A DNA stretch of 60,000 nucleotides from Botryllus schlosseri (lineage: Eukaryota), in contig CM119372.1 in NCBI GenBank assembly GCA_051294905.1, forward strand, positions 4,156,001 to 4,216,000. The letters are read 5' to 3'. Shown piece after piece: positions 24,501 through 36,500 of this stretch. Under the pieces are notes generated by a model that ran no database searches, had not been told where the DNA came from, and worked only from the letters and a program-made list of their open reading frames with translations. Every line of letters begins with the position of its first letter. The first letter of the stretch is position 1. A program made the position numbers and the translations under genes.

Positions 24501-27500
24501 ATGTTATCGACAGATTTCTCATCGTTGGGACTCGGGATAGGCCGTTGACACTTCCATTTTGTGCCTTGGGGTCGACTTTTATCAAAATACACCGACCTAG
24601 TTTGTGCCAGTTACATTATAGCCTAATCATCCACTGTCCCACTCCCGTTGCAAAGCACTATGACCCCCGCATCCACGAACATTAGTTTTTGGGATTTTAG
24701 CTCCACTATGGGGAGGAATAAATATAGCTGTGTTAGCGACTTCATTCTGGGCCAGCTTCAAGCAATTCGTAACATGCTTTCGGTGAATGGGATACTGCAG
24801 AGGAACGTAAAAAAAATTTTTATTATTTATTTTTTATAACTAATTCCTTACTAATGAATTCTACGATCATGTCATCATAATAACACGATCGCCAATATTA
24901 AATGTGGTGTGACGAATAAAAAAATTGAATTTCAAGACGTGGTCTTGATATATAGCCTCAAATATCAAATCAAATACTTGTGTCATGATTTTCGGTCCCT
25001 GCACCCTCCAAAGGACACACAATCTCACCGAGCGAGCCAAAAATAGCATGCTTTGCCATATCCTGATAATCGTTTGTGCTAGAAAGCTAGTTTTCGGCTT
25101 GAAAGCTGCAGAAGTGGTATCTCATTTACGTAGAACTTTGCCTTAAAAATGTACAGAAGAAAATTTACAATCAAATTACTGATTTTTTTATAGTAAAATT
25201 ATGCACTGAATGTGATGTCACATTGTGTGCTAGTTAGCGCCCTTCCAATGCCAGTCATATTTTCTTCCTGTCTACTTGTATGCGTAATCGTGGGGGCCTT
25301 TTTCAGATCTATGTCACGTTTCGGCGAAGTTATCAGCCTGGAATCTTCAGTCGCACATTTGTATGACTCGTCCACAATCGTTTTGACTTTAGATGCCTTG
25401 AAGCAACGTTTAGAGGTGAGACGCACGGGTTTTTAGTGGTCTTCGGATTGGTTTAAATTATTTTTCAGGATGTCACCCCAGAGTCCTATTATCCGCTTGT
25501 GGAAGTCATGGATGACGGAAAAGAGACAGAAGAAGTGGTCACGCCTATGAAGGTATGCGCCACTGATATATTTAGTGGGGGTATCTAGATGTACTAGCTG
25601 ATATTTAACTATCATTCGCTAAACCGGTAATTTTAACCTTTTGTTTTACATATCTTGCCCTTTTAGTATGGTTGCAACAAAGTCACAAGTCAATTTCTTT
25701 TTTATAGTCTTGACTCGAGTCAAGTCAAGTCATTTTCAATTCACCACCGAGTCAAGTCTGAGTCCAAGTCATTATTGTTCACTGTTCAGTTTTGAGTTCA
25801 ATGCGTTTCAACCCACTTTTTTCAACTCCGCTCGAGTGATATAGAATATTTCGCATTCATAATGTTGGAGGTTTCCTCAGTCCTAACAGCTTCTCTCCCT
25901 ATTTGCCAAGTACCAGGACTGATAGACGAAATACCAATAATTTGGTCACTTTACTATTCTTTGAAGTTACAATTAAATATCTGTCTTGGCCGTTCTAGTC
26001 AATGACTCGAGTACAAGTCGAATCAATACACAAATTGACTCGGGTCGAGTCATTTTACGCATTCGAAAAAATGAGTCGAGTCAATTTGAGTGGCCAAAAA
26101 ATCATGACTTGAGTCATTACAACCCTGCCTTTTAGTAAATATAGCTTTTAGTTATACAGACTCAATACTCAAATTGGTTCCATGCCGCAGATTTGATATA
26201 TTTCTTTTTGAAAAGTGCACCTCTGCCTGTGTTACGTGTACCGTCATCAATCATTTAGTGTTAGTCTCAGTGTGATGTGAATCCAGCTGTAATCTTCTGA
26301 TAGGTTTTCAAGTCCACATTAAGTGAAAATGCTCATCACTAGTCCTAGATTGAGAGAATCAATGGCTGTCATCTTGTCAAGGAACTGGATGTAGTTTAGG
26401 CTGTTGAAGCTGAATCCGGTTGTGTTTGGATAGATGCGAAGCTGTGCAAAGTTCTCTGACTATTTGACTTTGTAAGCTTTTTTCTGATGCTCCAGGATCC
26501 CACTTCCGCTTTACCTCTTGTTATCAAAGAAAACGACATCGAATATCAACTGGACCGGATTATATTGTACAAACGAATACTCCTGGTATGCGCGTCTACC
26601 GCTCCCATGATTTCATAGCCTATAACTTTACTGTTGCACTGCAGGGATATCCTCATTTGAAGGAGAAATTATGGAAAGAATCGAGAATTGATATACCTCC
26701 TCATTTAAGGGGTAAGGCCTGGGCGGCACTGCTTGACGTAACGGTGAGTAAGTTGGTTTTTTGATCTAAGTCAAATATTACTTACCTCTTTCTCTGCATA
26801 TAATATATAAATATAATATTATATATGTTGGTATTTACCTACTCAAACTCACTGTATTAAAATACGTTTTAATATCGATGTATGATCTCTTCACAATGTT
26901 AATCTTTATTGTTTCATACAAATATTTTGTCTGATCTAATATTATGGCAAATTTCCTTTCAGATTCGATTACTTAGCACTCGTTACAATTAGTGAAAATA
27001 TGTGCGATTGATGTTAAATTGACGATTACCCCTGACGAGTGTCAGCCGAAAATATTGGGTTGTTTCGGTATGAAAATAGTATTCAATTGGGTGTTGAAGT
27101 TCTGTACCCCCCCAGAAGCTCTTCGGATTGATTTTTACAAATATATTCTGTATATTTTTTATTTTTTCTACATTATTTCCTATACGCAATATTAAGTTGT
27201 TTTCTTAGCATATTTATTCCGAATCGTTTCTCTATGTGTATGTGTGTGAGTTTAATGTATAATGTGTATGCATAGGCGCCGAACGCTCATTTTCCTTAGG
27301 CATGCGAGTTCGATGACGTCACAAAGGAATGACGTCATGATCCGACGGAATTGATAATTAGGGATAATATAGCATCAATTCATGAGGGTTAAGTGCCTGC
27401 ATAAGTGCCGATTATGCAATATCTGCGTGTTAACAAACTTGCGCGTATGATAAGCTTGTCAACGAGTCCGGAAGTGCTGTCAATTAGCGAGTCCCTGATC

Positions 27501-30500
27501 GCTAGCGAACAATTAAATACGCCGCTTATCAACGCGTAATACGTAACCTCGGCGACGATTTGCGCAAGGCAAAATGTCTGAGTTGTTATGGCATCTGTTC
27601 TAAAATGGCACCGATTTCAGGTTGTTGAAACCTTTCCCGTCTTTTACAACTCAAGCCTTGACAGTTGACACACATCTTCTGATGGTTATGTTTAGGTATT
27701 AGCGGGATTCACTTACGCATGCACGGCGCACTCACAATCGCACATGTCTGCGGACATTCGATGTCATTCAGGTTAGCGATGTCGCTCTTTAATTACAATC
27801 GCTAACCAACAAACACCTAACGGCATTGTCACCAAGCCATCGAAAGATTGGAGCTAGCGCATGCTAGGCTCGAGAGATGGGAGCCAACGCATGCTCGGCT
27901 CTAGACGCGATAGTTAGCCAGCGATGATATCTTTCGTACCAGGCCTGTTGCAGATGCGATTGTACAATTAAATAGTATATTCATATTGAAATGAACCCGA
28001 ATATTTTCGGCTGACACTCGTCAGGGGTAATCGTCAGCAACTAGTAGAGAATTGGAAAGAACATTGTATATCAACAATCGTATCACAAAATATGACGTCA
28101 CCAGCATGAAAGAGAGAGCGTTCAATGTACTATTTTTAGGTGGTACACGAACTCCTTTTGTTGACAGAGTTTTGGTTGGTGTATTTTGATAAAAGTTGAT
28201 TCCAAGGCACACAAATGGAATTGTGAGCGACCTCGCCCTACGATTCGAAATCGGTCGTCTCGATAATTATTCGCACAAATCGGATTATCCAACAGATGTT
28301 TGCCGATGGCAGAATTAATGGCCTTTGATCGATCAGCATCAATCTCAAGTGGATGAGTTGAGGGTGAGCTTTTCACTGAGCGTGTTCTGATAAATCTGGG
28401 GACATGTTGGTTTATGCGGTCCTGCAGACGTCTTGACGTTCTTCCCACGTAGCCACAATCACAGTGGCACCTATATTCGTACACTACATTACTTTGTTGA
28501 AGTGCAGGAAGCATGTCTTTGCGTGTTGAAGGGAGCAGTTGTGTTGTTGTATAAATGTTGGTGACGTCATATTTTGTGATACGATTGTTGATATACAATG
28601 TTCTTTCCAATTCTCTACTAGTTGCTGACGATTACCCCTGACGAGTGTCAGCCGAAAATATTCGGATTCATTTCAATATGAATATACTATTTAATTGTAT
28701 ATTGAAGTTCTGTACCTCCAAGAAACTCTTCAGATGCGATTGTGTAGGCAAGCGATAATAGCGTGTGCGCCAATGCAGATGCGAATGTGCGGGCAGCGAT
28801 GGCACCGGGCCTACTGCTGATGTGATTGTTCATCATGCTCAAGCGAGTGAAACTAGGCTTGTGGTAGACGCGATAAAGCAGGCAAGCGTCCCAAGCGATG
28901 ATTGCCGAACGCACGGCAATCAATGACACAATTTCGCGATCATCTCAGCGGGAGATCGTGTCGCGTTACATTGTGCACAGACATATCTCGTTAATTGGCA
29001 ACGCGCTTGTAGCTAAGTGGCCGCGCGCAACGGGTTACCTCGCTCACATAAGCGGTAGCAGGTAATGTCGTAAACGGAAATACATTGCGATTCGTTCTAA
29101 ATAACACAATCAGGGATTATGCCGATTCATGCCGAACCGAATTCTAGGCATGCCGAACCGAATTCTAGGCATGCCGCATGCCTAAAAAAATGTCTAGGTA
29201 TGCCTGGCTTGCCTTGCATGCCCAGGTTCGGCGCCCATGTGTGTATGTAATGAGCTATAGCTTGCACCGCATACTCCTGGTCTTCTAGTCTACATTGCCA
29301 TTTTGTTATATATCTTTTTCCTTGTCTTCCGGTGTGACGAATAAAAACATATCCATCTATTTATCCATCTATCTATCTTTCAGGGCGATGTCAAGTCCGA
29401 ATATATCAAGCTAGACAAGGACACGCCTCTCGGTTCAGACCGACAGATTGCAGTTGATATTCCGCGATGCCATCAGTACGACCCTGTGTTGTCCTCTCCA
29501 ACGGCGCACGCTAAATTCAAACGCGTGTTGAAAGCGTGGTTAAAGTCTCATCAACACCTTTCTTACTGGCAAGGTAGGATGGACGCAGGGATGGTCAGTA
29601 GGGATGTTCAAAATTAACTTTTTTTTCCCAAAATTCTAGCGATTCACTTGTTACATCATCAGGTTGTCTAAAGAAAACGTTACACGCCAAATTTGGCTCA
29701 ATTCCAACCAATGGAAGCCGCCGCAGACCAATTTGAAATTCCGGCCATTTTGGGAAATAATAATATTTACGGTGGCAAATTCGTCACTACGACATGACGT
29801 GATATCGTGTTCCGTCTATGCCTATCTGGAAGTGATGCTTTTTCCGCTTGTTTCCATCTTGACAAGGTTCTGTGATATAGTTTGGATAACAGCCATTCAA
29901 TGAAGAATAAATATCACACTGATTACCTGAAAATTTTGGTAACAATCAATTATCAATTTCTCTCAAACGTAGGTGGTTACGTTGGTCAGACTACTTCCAC
30001 TTGACAGTTTTTGGCGCAAAACTATCTTTGTGTAGTAGAGTGTAGTTTAGCGATCATCCATCCATGAATGCATTACGTCCTGCGTGAATTACTCGTGAAT
30101 AGATAAGGTCTTACACCACGCACCACTTACACACCACTTACACGCAACTACTTGCATAACGTTGAATAAACTGTATTGTCTTGGATATTATATCTGACTC
30201 GAAGAACTCTACGCAAGGTTACAGGAATTACCGAAATGAAGTATTCAGACAGCTCTAACCTATGACATAAGGTTAGCTACAATTCTGATACAGATCAACC
30301 CAGAGACTGTGACATATTGCTCCACAATTCCTTTATTACCGCAGCATCATCTGTGAGTCAAATTACGATTACAACTGGATAAAATAGCCCATTTATTTTG
30401 GTAACAGTATATATTTTCAAAATTTGCAGCGATTTGTAGCATACGTTTAGCAGTAAATCGTATGCGGTGCCTTGTTCAGGGCTGGATTCGCTATGCGCGG

Positions 30501-33500
30501 CGTTCTTGCATTTGAACTTCAACGCGGAGCATCTGGCGTGGGCCTCCATGTCGCAGTTCATCGACAAGTATCTTCACGAGTTCTTCTTGAAGGACAATTC
30601 CGCCATTATTCAAGGTGAATATTTGGAAATTCGTGTATTTCCTCGATTTTCACAGTACCATAAGGTGCAAAACAGGTATTTGGCATTTTACGATTCAAAA
30701 TTTTGCTGTCAAGTCACAATGTTCCTAGTCACAAGTCAATCTCACTTATATAGTTTTGAATCGAGTCAAGTCGAGTCATTTTCAATTCACCACCGAGTCA
30801 AGCCCGCTAGAAGTGGGTAGAGTCTGAGTCTGAAATTACAATGAAACATCGGTCTTGGCCGTCTGAGTCTCGAGTCATATGACTTGGTTCGAGTCATCCG
30901 CAATGACTCGAGTCCAAGTCGAGCCAATACACAGATTGACTCGAGTCGAGTCATTTCCGTATTTTGAGAAATTTCTCGAGTCATCAGAAAATGGTGACTC
31001 GAGTCGAGTCATGACTCGAGTCATTACAACCATGCTCTACGACGTATAACACCGCAACAATAATTTCAGAATATCTGGCCGTCTTCCGTCACCTGATCGC
31101 GTTCCACGAACCGGACCTTTTCAACCATCTAGACGAGATCGGTTTCATACCCGAGCTCTACTCCATACCCTGGTTCCTCACCATGTTCACTCGTGAGTGG
31201 CAGACTTGGTTAATTACATAATTCTACATTAGACTAATTAGTGCAAAATGCCGATAATCCAATTACAATCTAATTTGTGAGATTTTTCTACACTCTCATT
31301 TTGATATTATTTCTGCTTTTTCTTGAAAACGCTACAGGTGAACTGTATAGTGCAAATCGAGCCAAGCTTGATCTACAGACATCTGCCGTTCTCATGCTCA
31401 CGAGTTCTGATTTGACATGCACTGAACTTGATTTCGTTCTAGTTTGGAATTATGTGAATTCAACAATTCTAATTACAATCTCATTTATACAAAACTTGCA
31501 ATAATTCTAATCTAATTTGTAATAGCTGACGATTTTCTGGTTGTACCAATCTGGCAAGCTGTACAAAGTACATTGTACACACATTGGTTGCGCCGCGTTC
31601 AATTCACAGTCAGCTCTGTGTTTCAGACGTGTTCCCGCTGCACAAGATCGTGCATTTGTGGGACACGCTGCTGCTGGGAAACTCGTCATTCCCGTTGTGC
31701 GTGGGCGTAGCCATCTTGAAGCAGCTCAAGTCGCAGCTCATGGAATTCGACTTCAACGAGTGCATCCTCATGTTTTCCGACTTGCCAGGTACGGATTTAC
31801 GGCGGCTTTACGCGAACATATCCCGTTGGTTACCATTGAAGTTGGCACTTGGTGGGACTTAATCATAGCCCTGACCTAACCCCTAACCCGAATACAGTAA
31901 CACATACATGCCAAGTGCCGTATATCACAATCCACACTCGTATTCAGTGAAACATTCGTTTTGGAATTTGTTGATAGTACAATAATGATGCATCTCTTTC
32001 ATAGTCATTACATTTTTAATGTCGAGTTCGCGAAGTATCATATATGGCAATTCACGCTGATATTTAATGAAGCATTTATTCTCGAATTAATTCATGCACT
32101 ATTGAGAGTTGCTTTCATACGAATAACAATATTAGTTATCGGTAGCGCGATTTTTTTTACCTAAAAAGAGGAATATTTTGACCTAAAAAATCAAAATTTT
32201 GACTTTTGTTGACCTAAACAAACTGAAATTTGACCAAATTTTTACCTGACTTTTGCAAATTAGGTGTTTTCCCGGATAATGTTGAAATTGTACCACTTAT
32301 CTTCATTTCTGGTTGGAACTGGCTGTCCTAACGAAGTAATTTGGCCTGAAAAGAACGTTTTTGGATTATAAACAGACAAATTTTTACATTTTCACAGTAT
32401 TTTATCGGAATCTGGCCCTATGAAGAATTCCAGTACTTACATCACGCATTATGGTAGAAATAATTAAAATTTGTTGTAGTACAACGAGAAATACTTTCCT
32501 ACATTCTTTGGTAGAAAGTGTCTGTCCTTACTAAGTAGCTTGTCAAGAATGGAGAACGAACGTTCAACAGCAGCAGTTGTTGGCTGACAACACTCAAGGT
32601 GTGCGTACCGTACAGTGCTGGTGACACAGCGTGTTGCTTCATTCTGGCAATGTTGTCTACATCACAATTTTCATCATGCGCTTCTTGATAAGAATAATGC
32701 AATGCCCAATAAGTCTTTCTTCAGTTAAGATATTGCGGTACGTTGACCATAACACCATGTCTACCTATTTGTTTTATCTGACCGTTTATGATTCACAATG
32801 AACAGACTATTAGCCGTTTACAACGGTAGGCCTATAAAGTAGGCTACAAGCTGTAAAATATCAAATGATAAGTTCACCGACAGTGCAAAATCTACGATAC
32901 AAACGAAATGCAGACGTCAAAGAAATTCTGACTTTGTAAACAATTTTGACAGATTTTGACCTATCGCTACAATTTTGACAAAATTTTGACAAATTTTGAC
33001 AAGGCAAAAAAATTCGCTCAAGTTATCAGTGTAACTTCTGCTGTATGAGTCGCGTCTGTGTCTTAACCTCAACCCCCACGGGCCCGACTAGCAGCAAACC
33101 CCTGGGGTTCACTTGAACCCCGGTTAAGAGCCACTGTAGTAGTATTTTTGCGTCCGTAACGAAAATGCACCCTGCGGCCTGCCTTGACAGTATTAATATC
33201 GAACTATTTCAGAAATCAACATCGACAACGTGGTTCAAATTTCGATAACGCTCTTCTGCGCCACCCCGAAGAGCGCCAGCTACCGCACGCACGCGAAAAG
33301 AAAGGCGGCCGACGGGAAGAAGAACGTCTCCTATTACAGCGAGGATTATAACACGGCTGCGCACGACGAACTGGTAGGTTTTCCAACGAACAGGCAGATT
33401 GTGGGACTTAAGTCACGTAATGGGTTGGGCGTAGCAGGATTGTAACGACTCGTGTTGTGATTTTTTTGGCGACTCGACTTGACTCGAGTCATTTTTTCAT

Positions 33501-36500
33501 ATGCGTAAAATGACTCGACTCAAGTCAACTTGAGTCATTGTACAATACTCGAACCAAGTCATATGTCTTGAGACTAGGGCGTCCAAGACGGACATTTCAT
33601 TGTAACTTCGGAGAATAGTAAAGTCACCACACGATTGGTATTTCGTCTATCAGTCCTGATACTTGGAAAATAGGGCCAGAAACTGTTAAGACTGAGGAAA
33701 ATTACTATGTTCGGGTGATATAGAATGGTTAGCATTCATAACGGAGTTGGAAAAAGTGAATTGCACCATATTGAACTGAAAACTGAATAGTGACCATATA
33801 ATGACTTGGATTCAGACTCGATTCAAAACACTGTGACTCGAAATCGACCCCCCTCCAGCTTGGACTCGGACTTGACTCGGTGGTGAATTGAAAATGACTC
33901 GACTTGACTCTAGTCGAAACTATAAAAGCGAGATTGACTTGTGACTCGGAACCTTGTGACTTGGTTGCAAACCTGGGGCATAGTTAGCTAGTCCGCCCAA
34001 CGTTTGAGCATGCGACACAATGTAAAGTGACAGTTGAGCGGTGACTTTATAATCACAAAGTGAACCCTAACAGCACCCTGCCCCCGCCCCAAACCAAAGT
34101 TGGACCCCTACAGTTAGAATGATAGCTACATTTTTTTACCGAATTAGATATAAATTAGAATTACTGACTTGGCAAAAACTTGGAAATTGAATTAAGTTCA
34201 GAATTAGAAAAATATACTCTTGAAATTCAAGCTCTCTTCATGCCAAATCATTGTACACCAAGCTTGGCTGGTTTCGCACTATACATTTTTCCTGAAGCAT
34301 CGTAAGGGAAACCAGAAATTCGATCAGAATTAAAATCGGAGCAGGGAAACATTTCACGAATTCGGTTTGCATTAGATCACCGACATTTTCTTCATTTAGT
34401 CCACTTAAACAACAGAAATTATCTAGTTCTCGAAGTCCGCATTTTCCGAAAAAGCACAAAATCGTGCAGAATTAAAATTATAACGTAGAAACATTTGACT
34501 AATTAGATTACCAGCATTTCGCTTAAATTAGTCTATTACTAGACAACTAGAATTATCTAATAGTCCAATTCTGCTTTCTTGCAGTCGATGAGCGAGGTGC
34601 CTCTACACGTTTTGCGAGAGGAGGTCAGTCCGAGGATATCGGCCGACGACATGATCCAACTCTGCGAGCTGAGGGGCCCGACGCAGTCCAAGACGCCGGC
34701 GAAAAGGTCGTCCAAAAAGGCGAAGCCCAAAATCACCATCATAGACGTCAGGTATCCGCAATGCCTTACTTTTAATTCGCAATTCTCGATGAGATATCGA
34801 GTAGAAATTTGCAGAGTTACATCTGCTTGGTGTTGATATTCTAGCTAGAATCTAGGTAGCATGTTAAGAACATTCCACTAAGCGGGCGGCATCATCCTTC
34901 ACTGCACGCATATTCAAAACAAGGCTAGTCATATTGCAACGTTAGTGCCGCTAGATGTCACTGTAGCGACTTAATCATCCTTCCGAACCGGACTTGGACA
35001 ATTAGATAATTATATCTTTCTAAATCAGCGGTTCCCAACCTTTTTGAATGTCGGAGCCGCATTTCAAACTTCAGAGTACGCACGGAGCCGCTTGGAAACA
35101 CTCGAGTAGGCTACTCATAACGAAAATTTGAAGGTATTTAGCCTACCTCTGGATCTTACCATCCAGTTAATTCAAAAGCAGGGACATAGACTTCTATAGA
35201 TTCTATATCGGTTATTTTAGCATCGATTAATGCAGATTGGCGAGTGCTACATACATTGAAATAAACTGAAAATGCATATCGTTACTACAACATATTATTA
35301 TGCCGTTATGTGATAGCTCTTCATACATTCCAGCACTTGATGCACGAATTTGCTGGGGATTATACGCTGAGTAATAATGGAATTATTGCAATTGATACTC
35401 GACTATGAGCCGTTATTTTGGTGCTAGTAAAATTGTGTCGACATTTACTCTTCACAGAGACGATATAGAAAGGTTTGTGACCAGCAGAACCCAAGATATG
35501 TCCTTATCTGACGGGTAGGCCTATTCATCCACGCGTCTGACGTCAGTCTGCAAGAATTCTCTTTCCCGGACGTTAGAAGCGGCCTTGGACGGCTTTAGAC
35601 CTAACTAATAACGCTCATTTTAGCATTCATATACAGAAATTTACTATAACTATTCATAGAAACGAACAACAACTGTAGTCTATTATATTTTTTTGGCATA
35701 TTGAGAAGTCAATAAGAGCCGCAAGAAGGCTACCTTGGAGCCGCGGTATTTCTTTGCTCCAATTCTAATTCTAATGTATTCTGGAAAAAACTGTAGTTAT
35801 AATTCTGATCTAGTCTAATTTGGTAAAATGTGTAGCTCTAATTGTAATCTAATTAGAAAAAAATCTGTCTTTATCATTCTAATCTAGTGTAATTATTGAT
35901 CTCATTAGTATAACAAGTCTAATTAGAATCGCTGAATTCAGGAAAACGACGAATTAGATTAGAACTAAAATTTGAGCAAGGAAACATTTGACGAATTAGA
36001 TTGGAATTAGCTTACCGGCATTTCGCTCTAATTTAGGGAAATTCGCCAACTAGAAATATCTAGCTGCCCAGGTGTGGTTTCAAGGCTTCCACGTTAGGAT
36101 TCCCGGAATATTCCCTCCATAATTCTCCACGCACATCCCAAAACCCGTCCATATGCCGCCGATCTTTTGCAAAATCTCAACGCGCGCCTGCCTTTCTACG
36201 AAGCGTGGCGCCGTCGATGCGCGTTGCCTGCATATGTTGGCGCCGCGCGCGCGTCGGACTTCGAAGAAATACTCTGGCGTGTTTTTGGCGTTCGTGCATG
36301 TGATTTTTATCGACTGTTTCTGGATGAGGTCAAGATATTCATTTCTATTTGCCTGCAATCTTACGCGAAAAGGGTGTGCATTCACACCCTTGTATCATCG
36401 GTGATATACGGGTGTAGATATACACCCGTGGCCTACGAAACCACAAATCACCCCGGACTTGCAGCACGGTATAAAACAAACACGACATTATAATCCAAAT

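Larger units (their letters stand above)
27964..28730 (-). mobile_element. 5'-truncated Penelope-like retroelement with inverted pLTRs
   Basis: ~140-bp inverted repeats (27964-28103 versus ~28558-28699) flank a GIY-YIG fragment. One arm has a ~30-bp extension (28701-28730). The 13-bp TSD CAGATGCGATTGT lies at 27951-27963 and 28731-28743. Confidence 0.9.
27271..29239. mobile_element. hAT-type non-autonomous element hosting the Penelope insertion
   Basis: TIR CATAGGCGCCGAAC...GTTCGGCGCCCATG, perfect 8-bp TSD TGTGTATG (27263-27270, 29240-29247), and GCATGCC subterminal repeats. Confidence 0.9.

Noticed and set aside
24071..24685. 204-aa ORF as an independent gene
   Set aside because: It is an off-frame read through TBCK exons and introns that ends in a Penelope GIY-YIG relic.
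36080..36493. Three overlapping ~80-110 aa ORFs
   Set aside because: They have no recognisable domain or splice support, and are expected by chance in GC-rich DNA.
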